Sequence record: SRR2962707_1896
Length of the DNA stretch: 37,510 nt
Reading direction: 5' to 3' (one strand)
In this document: positions 7,464 through 16,465 of the stretch, piece after piece
How the letters are laid out: each line of letters opens with the position of its first letter
Position numbering within the stretch: position 1 is the first letter of the stretch
Program-made: the position numbers and the translations under genes
The notes under the pieces: generated by a model
Told to the model about the DNA's origin: nothing
The model's input: the letters and a program-made list of their open reading frames with translations, nothing else
Database searches by the model: none

Positions 7464-7617
7464 AAAAAAGCCCCGGTCAGCCTATATCAAAATCTCTTAC
7501 AAGAAAGATCATGGTACCAGCTTTCCTATTCAATGATCCCGTAAAGGGCGTGATTTAGCAGGACAGACAAGCCCATTTATTGTTACAATCTCAGATTTGT
7601 ATATTGCTAACCAAGGC
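7464..7617 (-). ncRNA. Putative structured small RNA of unknown family
   Basis: ORF-free unit with a perfect -7 element upstream, nested inverted repeats (7476-7568) and a 3' GGGGC-TTTTTT end. The ends are estimates. Confidence 0.55.
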
Positions 7618-7621
7618 AAGA

Positions 7622-7629
7622 CAAAGGTA
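7622..7629 (-). promoter_or_regulatory. Bacteroidota -7 promoter element pointing into the putative sRNA
   Basis: Minus strand TACCTTTG matches TAnnTTTG; only a weak -33 (TTTA) lies 19 nt upstream. Confidence 0.6.
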
Positions 7630-7658
7630 AGTATTATTAAAACCTACCTAAATTATTG

Positions 7659-7674
7659 TTGCGAAATTTCGCAA
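7659..7674. promoter_or_regulatory. Perfect 16-bp palindrome, candidate regulator binding site
   Basis: TTGCGAAATTTCGCAA, with no flanking T-tract of terminator type. Confidence 0.5.
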
Positions 7675-7688
7675 ACCAATCCGTGATT

Positions 7689-9926
7689 CTAAGGTGATCT
7701 CTGCCAGGAACGTTCAACCAAAACCTGTGAATCCTCCTTTAATTTGAAATAGACTGATCCAATATTCAGTATATCGAGTGTGCCTATTTTTCCTACCGAA
7801 TTTGGTTGAGTTATGACTGACCAGACAATCTGTTTGCTGCGATTATCAGAATATTGAATGGTGATTTCCACTTCCCCCTTGTAAGGTTCCAAACGATCAT
7901 TGACAAGGTATACTTCCAGGGAATCACCTGCTTGCCTTGGAATAACAGTCACAGGTGCAAACAAAGTTTTTAACTGTTGATGGAAGATCTTTTCATTCCC
8001 AAATACATCTATGCTACTCCAGCTTGGTCCTGGCCAGCAGTCGTTGAGTTGCCAATACAGGCTCCCCCAGCAATGACCTTTGTTCAGTCGATGAGCATCA
8101 ATGGCCATTTGCATACCCAGCGCTTGTGTTTCCTGGCTTTTGATCACAAAGTCCTCGAAATTCTCCGGTTGTTCAAAATACTTCTCCAGATGACGACTTA
8201 TCATTCCATTCCCAACATAGCTTTTCTGATGATTGCTCATCACTTCTGAATCAAGATTCCACTCCGAGGAATCAGCGAAAAAGCGAATGGTTTCCATATC
8301 AGGAAAGGATTGAAAGCCGTATTCACTCATGAACCGCCCAACATTGTTCCAGTAATCCTCAAAGCTGTCTCCCCCATGCCAGACACCCCAGTAGTGCATG
8401 CTTCCATAATTGAAATTCTCTGGTGTGCCCCAATTACTTAAGGGCGATGTGGTGGTATAAGATCGATCATCCAATTCGGAAAGCACAGATGGAATGAGCA
8501 CATGAAATAATTTCAGATAGTCATTCCAAATGCGTGTAGAGTCAGCTTCTGAATAGCCAAATTGCTTTTGCCAACCCCAGTTTTTCCACGCCACCTCCAT
8601 TTCGTTGTTGCCATTCCAATGAATGATAGACGGATGATTTCTGAGTCGCTTCACATTATCCACCACCTCAGCCTTAACGTTGTTCAGAAATGAGGAATCC
8701 CCAGGATACATACTACCGGCAAACATAAAATCCTGCCAAACAAGGATGCCATATCGATCACATAATTCATAAAACAGATCATTCTCATAAATGCCTCCTC
8801 CCCATACACGCAGCATATTCATATTAGCATCCTTTACCGATTGAATCAGACGTTCATAATCTTCTTTTGACACAGATGGCAAAAAGTGACTTTGAGGAAT
8901 ATAATTGGCCCCTCGTGTGAATAGTGATTCCCCATTGACTTTGAAATAGAAAGACTCGCCAATGCTGTCCGCTTCCTGCACCAGCTCAACCGTTCTGAGG
9001 CCGAAATGTACAGTATCAGAATCGAGGGAAATTCCTTCCATTTTGATGGCAATCGGAATTGCATAAAGTTTCTGGTTTCCCCAGCCATTTGGCCACCATA
9101 GCTCAGGATTCTTGATTTCAAATGGAATACTAAAATGATTCTCCCCTTCTTTTAACTGGAATTCATATGATTGATTGTAAACCGCTATTTGAACCGAATG
9201 TTCACCTTCCGAAAAAACCGTAATATCTGCCTCGAGTGAGGCAAGGCTATCTGTAAGGACTTTTTGATTAATTCTTGCGTCAGCTAACCTGGCTCTTTTC
9301 CATTTTTCCAGGTAAACAGGCCTCCAAAAGCCTGAGGTAACCAACCTGGGTCCCCAGTCCCAGCCAAAATGATAGGGTGCTTTCCTTGTAAACGGGCTGA
9401 CTTTGAATGCCACGGTTTCGCTACCTGCTGGTAATTCATAGCCTAATGTTTGAAGCTTTGGCTTGTTGTGTTCAACCGGGGATATAAATCTTACTTCAAG
9501 CAGATTCTTTTCCAGAAGAATATTCTTAACAGGAATTCTCCATTCTCTGAACATATTGTTCGCCTTGAGAATCAGCGAATCATTTAACCGTACCTCTGCA
9601 TAAGTATCCAGACCTTCAAAAATCAGATCAACCTGGTTGTTTAGAAAATCATCTTGTGTCAATTCAAACTGAAATTGGTACTCCCAGTTTTCGTTTTCAA
9701 CCCACTGCACTTTGATTTCATTGGTGCCTTTCCAAGGATGTGGGATTAGGTTGTGATTCAAAAGATCTGAGTGGACAACACCTGGCACTCTGGCATCATA
9801 CCATTTCTCAGTTCCTTCTTGCCTGAATTGCCATCCATTTTCAAGTTGAATTTTGGTTAATGACTGATCCTGATCAGCGCAACTGATCAAAAGCAACAGA
9901 ACGAACGTGCACTTAATCCATTTCAT
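7689..9926 (-). CDS. GH2 beta-mannosidase, lipoprotein
   Basis: RKAPYHFGWDWGP, GANYIP, NMNMLRVWGGG, acid/base WNGNNE and nucleophile SEYGFQ; lipobox LLISC from ATG 9926. Confidence 0.92.
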   Translation of the reverse strand: MKWIKCTFVLLLLISCADQDQSLTKIQLENGWQFRQEGTEKWYDARVPGVVHSDLLNHNLIPHPWKGTNEIKVQWVENENWEYQFQFELTQDDFLNNQVDLIFEGLDTYAEVRLNDSLILKANNMFREWRIPVKNILLEKNLLEVRFISPVEHNKPKLQTLGYELPAGSETVAFKVSPFTRKAPYHFGWDWGPRLVTSGFWRPVYLEKWKRARLADARINQKVLTDSLASLEADITVFSEGEHSVQIAVYNQSYEFQLKEGENHFSIPFEIKNPELWWPNGWGNQKLYAIPIAIKMEGISLDSDTVHFGLRTVELVQEADSIGESFYFKVNGESLFTRGANYIPQSHFLPSVSKEDYERLIQSVKDANMNMLRVWGGGIYENDLFYELCDRYGILVWQDFMFAGSMYPGDSSFLNNVKAEVVDNVKRLRNHPSIIHWNGNNEMEVAWKNWGWQKQFGYSEADSTRIWNDYLKLFHVLIPSVLSELDDRSYTTTSPLSNWGTPENFNYGSMHYWGVWHGGDSFEDYWNNVGRFMSEYGFQSFPDMETIRFFADSSEWNLDSEVMSNHQKSYVGNGMISRHLEKYFEQPENFEDFVIKSQETQALGMQMAIDAHRLNKGHCWGSLYWQLNDCWPGPSWSSIDVFGNEKIFHQQLKTLFAPVTVIPRQAGDSLEVYLVNDRLEPYKGEVEITIQYSDNRSKQIVWSVITQPNSVGKIGTLDILNIGSVYFKLKEDSQVLVERSWQRSP

Positions 9927-10650
9927 CAAGCAGAATTTTAATTCGACGCACCTTTTCGGGATCAGAAACAATCAATTCATTTTCAGGAATGTCTTTAGAA
10001 CCATTCATTGGTACTTGGTGATTCATCGCACTTTTGATTCGACTCTTTGCTGAAAAGTGAAATTCCCTACACCCAGCTTCATAAAATGAGCGAATGTTAT
10101 GCTCGTTTATCCCTCCTCCGGGCATAATGCTAATTCTACTTCCAGCCCTGGATGCAAGGTTCCTGATCGTATCCAACCCTTGAATCGCGGTTGGAGCTTG
10201 TCCTGAAGTTAGAACGCGATCCACACCTAAAGAAATGAGATCATCCAAAGCTTTTACAGGATCGGCAACAAGGTCAAATGCACGATGAAAGGTGAATGGC
10301 AAAGGTCGTGTGAGCTTAACCAGTTCTGAAGTGCGATTCACATCTATGGTTCCATTGGCATTTAGAATTCCGGATACGATACCATCTGCACCGGCCTCCT
10401 TTGCTCGCAAAATATCTTTTTTGATGATGTCAAATTCAAGATTATCATATACAAAATCACCACCCCTTGGACGTACAAGTACAAAAACCGGAATGGTCAA
10501 CTGATCTTTGGCGAGCTCAATAGATGCGATGCTTGGAGTGGTACCCCCTTCCCATAAATTATCACACAATTCCACACGATCAGCTCCACCCAATTCAGCA
10601 TTTATTGCAGATCTGACAGAATTAGCACAAATTTCAATTTGATAACTCAT
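9913..10650 (-). CDS. cutC: CutC family TIM-barrel protein
   Basis: EICA, GADRVELC, GGTTPS, RPRGGDF, TFHRAFD, VLTSG and IMPGGG motifs. Confidence 0.95.
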   Translation of the reverse strand: MSYQIEICANSVRSAINAELGGADRVELCDNLWEGGTTPSIASIELAKDQLTIPVFVLVRPRGGDFVYDNLEFDIIKKDILRAKEAGADGIVSGILNANGTIDVNRTSELVKLTRPLPFTFHRAFDLVADPVKALDDLISLGVDRVLTSGQAPTAIQGLDTIRNLASRAGSRISIMPGGGINEHNIRSFYEAGCREFHFSAKSRIKSAMNHQVPMNGSKDIPENELIVSDPEKVRRIKILLDEMD

Positions 10651-10653
10651 AGT

Positions 10654-12843
10654 CTATTTTACACTTATTTCATCCATAAATAGCCACGCCGGACTTCCCG
10701 CTGCATCATGCCAATCCGGACACACTCCCAAATTCTTGGCAAACACTTTCAAATACCTCATTTTGGTCGGATTGTCAAGTCCCAAAACATATTGCTGTGT
10801 TTGTTGCTTTTTGTTTTGGGGTGAATCGCTATTCTCAATCCTCCCCATTTCCTGATAATCCTTGCCATTCACAGAAGCTTCATAGCTCACCCACTCGGGA
10901 AAAAAGATCCATGCATTATTGTATTGAAGAAAGCCAGATGATAGTTGGCTGACTTCTATTTCACTACCCAAATCAAGAGTAATCTCAACATCATCACCCC
11001 AGAATCCTTGCCAGTTGCCATCGCGAAAATGATTGCTCCCTTTAAGTCCATCTGTTAATGCTTTCTCGCCACCGGCGACATAATTTTTATTCGGTTGGCT
11101 TGAGAGTGAATAACTCAAACCATTAGCCAAATGAGGATCGAACGATTGATAGATTGTATCCTTAAACATGGTTTCTCCACGACCAAATGTAATCGCCCAT
11201 TCAACCGGAGAGTTTATTTCTACAGGTTTGCGATAGGTCGCTTTTTCACCATTCATCTCGTAATAGATCTCAATGGCTGTATCATATGGAATAAGAACTG
11301 CTTCCAGTCGATCGTTGACATGAGTGATAACTTTAACAGGCACAGTCTCAAAACCATAATTGACATTCATTTTCTCAAGCACCCCATAATTCTCTCTTAC
11401 TCGTTGCTTGAACGCAGTATAATCCCTCCGCTCAGGATAGCTCCAGAGCACTTCCGACATGGCTAAAATCCTTGGGAATACTTTCATATCCACTTTGGTT
11501 TGTGGCGCCCTTTCCGACCACATGTTGCACTCACCACCAAGAACCAGTTGCTTCTGTGATTCGGATAATCCTTGTGGAATCGGGTCAAAACTGTAGACTT
11601 TCTCCATATTGATATCATTTAGGCCATAGTCAAAATAGGAATGGGAAGTGGGTGACAAAATGGTTTGATTTCCCTGATTTACGGCTTGTATGGCACCTTC
11701 ATATCCCCGCCAACTTTGGACTATGGCTCCTTCCGACAGACCACCTTCCAGGATCTCATCCCATCCAATCATTTTCTTTCCCTTGGAAGCCAGAAACTTA
11801 CCAATTCTGCCAACGAAATAGCTTTGCAATTCATGCTCATCATGAAGGCCCTCATCCACCATTCTTTTCTGACACTTATCGCAATGCTCCCAACGAAACT
11901 TCGGTACTTCATCACCACCAATATGAATGTATTCCGAAGGAAAAAGATCAATCACTTCGGTCAGAACGTCTTCCAGAAAAACAAAGGTGGAGTCGTTTCC
12001 GGCGCAGTAGATTTCCTTGAAAACCCCCCACTCTGTTTCTACTTCAAAAGGCCCTCCTGTGCAGGAAAACTGTGGATATGCTGCCAATGCAGCTTGTGAG
12101 TGGCCGGGAAGCTCAATCTCAGGCACAACCATAACTCCCCTTTCTGAAGCATAAGCGATAATCTCTCTAATATCCGCTTTCGAATAATACCCACCATATT
12201 TCCCACCATTGCCATCATCCCGCCAAGCTCCTGTTTTCGTCAAATTGGGATATTTATCGATCGCTATTCTCCAACCCTGATCCTCTGTCAAATGCCAATG
12301 CAACACATTCATTTTATAAAGCGCCAGCAAATCGATGTATCGCTTCACAAATGACTTTTCCATAAAATGTCGTGAGCAATCCAATAGCAAACCACGCCAT
12401 TGGAACTTTGGGTGATCTACCAGCTCGAGTGCGGGAACAATTCGATTGCCATTGAGTAACAATAATTGCCTTAGTGACTGAAAGCCATGCAAGAGCGCTT
12501 GATGACTTCCACCTGAAACAAGTACTCGATCCGGGTTGCTACTTATTCGGTATTCCAAAGAATCCCGATTGTCAACCATGAATTGAATGTAATTGGTACC
12601 TGATTCTTCCGTACTGAAATTCAGCGAGGTTATGGAAGCCAAATAATCAGTCAGTACTTCTTCCGTTGATTCGGTTCCCTCTGAAAATATCAAACTGGTG
12701 GATGAATTGATGTTAAAATAGCCTTCACCAAGTTCCATTTCTGCAGGAGTGGGAATGATTGAAGTCACCAATTTATCTTGATGCTGCTCACACCCAAAAA
12801 ACCAGATTACACTCAGAAGCAGTGATTTATAGATGTTTCGCAT
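10654..12843 (-). CDS. GH20 beta-N-acetylhexosaminidase with C-terminal F5/8-type (CBM32-like) domain, lipoprotein
   Basis: WRGLLLDCSRHF, HWHLTEDQGWR, PEIELPGH, catalytic HIGGDE and GGECNMWSE; C-terminal LTDG..G....W.G domain; lipobox FFGC. Start 12843 or 12864. Confidence 0.93.
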   Translation of the reverse strand: MRNIYKSLLLSVIWFFGCEQHQDKLVTSIIPTPAEMELGEGYFNINSSTSLIFSEGTESTEEVLTDYLASITSLNFSTEESGTNYIQFMVDNRDSLEYRISSNPDRVLVSGGSHQALLHGFQSLRQLLLLNGNRIVPALELVDHPKFQWRGLLLDCSRHFMEKSFVKRYIDLLALYKMNVLHWHLTEDQGWRIAIDKYPNLTKTGAWRDDGNGGKYGGYYSKADIREIIAYASERGVMVVPEIELPGHSQAALAAYPQFSCTGGPFEVETEWGVFKEIYCAGNDSTFVFLEDVLTEVIDLFPSEYIHIGGDEVPKFRWEHCDKCQKRMVDEGLHDEHELQSYFVGRIGKFLASKGKKMIGWDEILEGGLSEGAIVQSWRGYEGAIQAVNQGNQTILSPTSHSYFDYGLNDINMEKVYSFDPIPQGLSESQKQLVLGGECNMWSERAPQTKVDMKVFPRILAMSEVLWSYPERRDYTAFKQRVRENYGVLEKMNVNYGFETVPVKVITHVNDRLEAVLIPYDTAIEIYYEMNGEKATYRKPVEINSPVEWAITFGRGETMFKDTIYQSFDPHLANGLSYSLSSQPNKNYVAGGEKALTDGLKGSNHFRDGNWQGFWGDDVEITLDLGSEIEVSQLSSGFLQYNNAWIFFPEWVSYEASVNGKDYQEMGRIENSDSPQNKKQQTQQYVLGLDNPTKMRYLKVFAKNLGVCPDWHDAAGSPAWLFMDEISVK

Positions 12844-12918
12844 GATGTGATGACTCGGTACCATTGGGTTGATGAAAATATAAAATTAGCACACTCAACT
12901 CGTGACTTCAGTAATTCT

Positions 12919-12926
12919 TAACTTTG
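12919..12926 (+). promoter_or_regulatory. -7 promoter element immediately upstream of the AMP nucleosidase gene
   Basis: TAACTTTG, 6 nt before ATG 12933. Confidence 0.6.
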
Positions 12927-12932
12927 AACTTT

Positions 12933-13706
12933 ATGGAAACTAAAGAACAAATCGTTAATGACTGGCTTCCGAGGTACACCGGAACAGAGTTGGATGAATT
13001 CGGTAAATACATCCTTCTAACCAACTTTCAGAACTACGTCGACCTTTTTGCCACACGTTTCAATGTGGAAGTAAAGGGCAAAAAAAGGGCTATGCAAACA
13101 GCTACACATGATGATATCACCATCATCAATTTCGGCATGGGAAGTGCAATGGCGGCCACAGTAATGGATCTTTTGTCCGCCATTATGCCAAAAGCTGTTC
13201 TATTTCTAGGAAAATGTGGGGGATTGAAAGAAGAAAACCAATTGGGTGATTTGATTCTTCCTATTGCTGCTATCAGAGGTGAAGGTGCATCCGATGACTA
13301 TATGCCGCCTGAGATTCCTGCCCTTCCATCCTTCCGTCTGCAACGATCTGTATCACACGTCATCAAAGCCAAAGGATTTGACTACTGGACTGGTTCCGTA
13401 TTCACAACCAACAGGCGTGTTTGGGAGCATGACCTAGAGTTCAAAGAGTACCTGAGATCCATTCGAGCATCTGCGATAGATATGGAAACTGCCACCTTAT
13501 TTACGGTTGGTTTTGCCAACAAAATCCCAAGGGGCGCTTTGTTACTGGTATCGGATAACCCTATGCAGCCTGAAGGAGTCAAAACATCAAAGAGCGATCA
13601 AAAGGTGACTACCAGTTTTGTCGAGAATCATTTGGATATTGGCATTGCTTCATTGGTAGAATTGAGGGATTCAGGAGAATCAGTGAAACACCTTCGCTTC
13701 GAATAA
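12933..13706 (+). CDS. amn: AMP nucleosidase (short Bacteroidota type, PNP/UDP phosphorylase fold)
   Basis: WLPRYTG, YILLTNF, NFGMGS.MAAT.MDLL, AAIRGEG and DMETAT motifs. Confidence 0.88.
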   Translation: METKEQIVNDWLPRYTGTELDEFGKYILLTNFQNYVDLFATRFNVEVKGKKRAMQTATHDDITIINFGMGSAMAATVMDLLSAIMPKAVLFLGKCGGLKEENQLGDLILPIAAIRGEGASDDYMPPEIPALPSFRLQRSVSHVIKAKGFDYWTGSVFTTNRRVWEHDLEFKEYLRSIRASAIDMETATLFTVGFANKIPRGALLLVSDNPMQPEGVKTSKSDQKVTTSFVENHLDIGIASLVELRDSGESVKHLRFE

Positions 13707-13764
13707 ATTTATTCCTTGCATTAAACCTTCAGACTTTTTCATGATCTAAGGAAGAAAAAAGATC

Positions 13765-14145
13765 ATGAAAAAGTTATTACTAATCATCGGTGTGCTCGTT
13801 GCATTCAATATTGTGTCTGCACAAGAGCCACAAAGAAGAGAAGCGGCGAAAGCCCAGATCGAAGCGTACAAAGAGAGACTTCAATTATCTGACGATCAGG
13901 TTTCTCAGATCAAAGCCATGCACAAAAAATATCAACCTGAGATGCAGGCCATCCACCAGGATAGCAACACATCCAAGAGTGAAAAAATGCGTGCTGCTGC
14001 TGACATTGTTGAAAAGAAAGAAGCTGAAATTGCCCAAATCCTAAGCGAGGATCAAATGGCTGAATGGAAAATTATCAAGAAAGAAATCAGGGCCAAAAGA
14101 AAAGCCGGACGCGAAAAAAGGAAAGCCAACAGACGAGGTAACTAA
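13765..14145 (+). CDS. Secreted helical Spy/CpxP-like protein
   Basis: Signal peptide (VSA-Q), LQLSDDQ and ILSEDQ (LTxxQ-like) motifs, basic tail. Confidence 0.75.
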   Translation: MKKLLLIIGVLVAFNIVSAQEPQRREAAKAQIEAYKERLQLSDDQVSQIKAMHKKYQPEMQAIHQDSNTSKSEKMRAAADIVEKKEAEIAQILSEDQMAEWKIIKKEIRAKRKAGREKRKANRRGN

Positions 14146-15012
14146 TTATTGCTGGGTGGCAGGGATTTTAAGGTTCACTCCTAATTCGTTGTTCATCTTG
14201 TCTATCAGGTAAGCTGAAAGAACCGGCGACTCTTTCTCCAGGTTTTGATGAACAAAGAAGTATAGGTTTTCCATTCCAGCATCCGCCCATTTCTTAATCC
14301 GATCCATCCATGTGTCGAGGCGTGAATAATCGCTTTCATGGTTGGCTCCAACATACCTGACAAATACGGTAGGGGTCGTTAATCTCATGTGGAGCAGATC
14401 CCTCCTACCGGCTGTATCGGTGATAATATTGGAGATGTTGTTCTTCTCAAATAGGGCATAGACTTGATTGGCTATTTCTGCATCATTGAACCATTCGGTG
14501 TTTCGAAGTTCAATGGCCAAGGGTACATCCTTTGGCCAATATTCCACAGCAGTGATCAGCCGATCCATGTTTTTCGGCTTGAAATTATCGTGAAGCTGCA
14601 GGAAGCACATGCCCAGTTTATCCCCAAATGCACGGATGTTTGTGGTGTACCTCTCAATGGGCTCCTCCACTTCATTCAGCCTTTTGATATGGCTCACCAT
14701 CTGATGGACCTTAGGAAAAAACATGAAGTCATCAGGAGTCTTCTCCACCCACTTTTCGATCTGCTCAATCCTGAAGTGATTGTAAAAAGTCGCATTGAGC
14801 TCAATGGAGTTGAATTGAGAAGAGTAGTATTCCAACTCATCCTTTGTTCCTCTTGGGTAAAATTTCTTTAGATCCTGTTTATTCCATTTGGCACAGCCAA
14901 CAAAAACCTGCTTAAGTCCTTTCCCCTTCTTCAGCACCTTTTCGGTATCATGATGATCATCGGGCAGGCTAAGATCTACCAGTTCAGGTTGTGTGACGCT
15001 TCCAAATTTCAT
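14146..15012 (-). CDS. DUF72 (YecE-like) protein
   Basis: L.YYS.QFNSIELNATFY, F.F.PK, LG..FLQL and AIELRN..W motifs. Confidence 0.9.
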   Translation of the reverse strand: MKFGSVTQPELVDLSLPDDHHDTEKVLKKGKGLKQVFVGCAKWNKQDLKKFYPRGTKDELEYYSSQFNSIELNATFYNHFRIEQIEKWVEKTPDDFMFFPKVHQMVSHIKRLNEVEEPIERYTTNIRAFGDKLGMCFLQLHDNFKPKNMDRLITAVEYWPKDVPLAIELRNTEWFNDAEIANQVYALFEKNNISNIITDTAGRRDLLHMRLTTPTVFVRYVGANHESDYSRLDTWMDRIKKWADAGMENLYFFVHQNLEKESPVLSAYLIDKMNNELGVNLKIPATQQ

Positions 15013-15021
15013 AGGTCTAAA

Positions 15022-15888
15022 TTACTTGATTAAACCGAGGACTTTACCCAAAAACTTATCTACAAAACGAGTCGGCATAATTCGGGGAAGTGTCCAATTC
15101 ATAAATTTTTGAGGAACGATCAAATACCTCACTTTTGGCCGCTTGGCTTTAAATGCTTTGAAAATGATTTTAGCTGCTTTCTCGGACGTCCAGGCTTTCT
15201 CTACCGCTTTCGTTACAAACTCTTTTTGAAACTTTTTAATGCTTGAGGAATAAACAGAATCCTTGAATTTCTCTTCAATTTCATCAGAGGCTCCCTTATC
15301 CCAAATGGGTGTTTTGATGGGACCCGGTTCAATCAGGATCACATCAATTCCGAATAATAGCAGCTCTTTTCGAAGACTCTCTGTAATTCCCTCAACCGCA
15401 TGCTTAGAACCTGCGTAGGGAGCCATGAATGGCATTCCATGTTTACCGGCAATCGAAGAAATCTGAATCACTCTCCCCGGATTAACCGGATGATTTTCCC
15501 TGGCACCTAATAGTGGAAGAAATGCCTGGGTGACTTTAATCAACCCAAACACGTTTACCTCGAATTGATGTTTGAATTCCGCCACATCCAAATCGATGAA
15601 TGGCCCTCCTATGGCAATACCGGCATTGTTGATCAATGCATCAAGTCCTTCCTCCCCAATCTGATCCTGAAGTAATTTGGCAGCCCTATCTATTCCTTCA
15701 AAATCCGTCACGTCAAACAAAAGAGGTTCAAAATTTTCAGCAAATTCAGTTACTAGTCTGTCAGCATCAGCCTGTTTTCTGACACTTCCATATACCTTAT
15801 AACCATTCGCAAGGAATACCTTTGCGAGATCATATCCAATGCCGGTTGAAACTCCGGTGATCAGAATATTGTTGGATTTTCTTTTCAT
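15022..15888 (-). CDS. Short-chain dehydrogenase/reductase
   Basis: TGVSTGIG, NNAG and catalytic YAGSK. Confidence 0.93.
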   Translation of the reverse strand: MKRKSNNILITGVSTGIGYDLAKVFLANGYKVYGSVRKQADADRLVTEFAENFEPLLFDVTDFEGIDRAAKLLQDQIGEEGLDALINNAGIAIGGPFIDLDVAEFKHQFEVNVFGLIKVTQAFLPLLGARENHPVNPGRVIQISSIAGKHGMPFMAPYAGSKHAVEGITESLRKELLLFGIDVILIEPGPIKTPIWDKGASDEIEEKFKDSVYSSSIKKFQKEFVTKAVEKAWTSEKAAKIIFKAFKAKRPKVRYLIVPQKFMNWTLPRIMPTRFVDKFLGKVLGLIK

Positions 15889-15904
15889 GCTAAACGATTA
15901 GATA

Positions 15905-16465
15905 GTGAGTAAAATTAATGACATCATTCGCGCACGCCGTTCGGTCTACCCCATGCAATATATGGAGAAGTCTATCCCTAAGGAAATCATTCAGGAGTTG
16001 CTGATCAACGCGAATCATGCCCCTACACATCGACTTACGGAACCATGGCGCTTCAAGGTTTTTACTGGAGAAGGAAAAAAGAAGCTAGGTGAGTTTTTGG
16101 CTCAGAAATACACTCAGATTACTACCGATCCTGTAGAAAGTAAAGTTGAAAAGATTAGAACCAATCCGATGAAAGCAGGGGCTGTCATTGCGATCATTCT
16201 TCATCGTGACCCTCAGGAGCGAGTTCCGGAATGGGAGGAAATTGCAGCGGTTGCCTGCGCAATAGAAAACATCTGGATCTCATTGAATCAATATGGGCTG
16301 GGAGGATATTGGAGTACTCCGGGACTTGCAGACCACTTGGGAGAACATATCAAACTAAAGGATAATGAGAAGTGCATCGGATTTTTCTACCTTGGATATT
16401 GCGAGCCTTCTGGCAAACCCATCACGAAAAAACCGATTGAAGAAAAAACCGAATGGATCTCATGA
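15905..16465 (+). CDS. Nitroreductase family protein (YdjA-like)
   Basis: RRS, APTHRLTEPWRF and GLGGYWST motifs; GTG start. Confidence 0.9.
   Translation: MSKINDIIRARRSVYPMQYMEKSIPKEIIQELLINANHAPTHRLTEPWRFKVFTGEGKKKLGEFLAQKYTQITTDPVESKVEKIRTNPMKAGAVIAIILHRDPQERVPEWEEIAAVACAIENIWISLNQYGLGGYWSTPGLADHLGEHIKLKDNEKCIGFFYLGYCEPSGKPITKKPIEEKTEWIS

Noticed and set aside
7464-7575. SRP (4.5S) RNA, 6S RNA or a riboswitch
   Set aside because: No CAGG-stem-GNRA-stem-AGCA helix-8 signature, no 6S-like rod with a central bubble, and no downstream gene on that strand for cis control.
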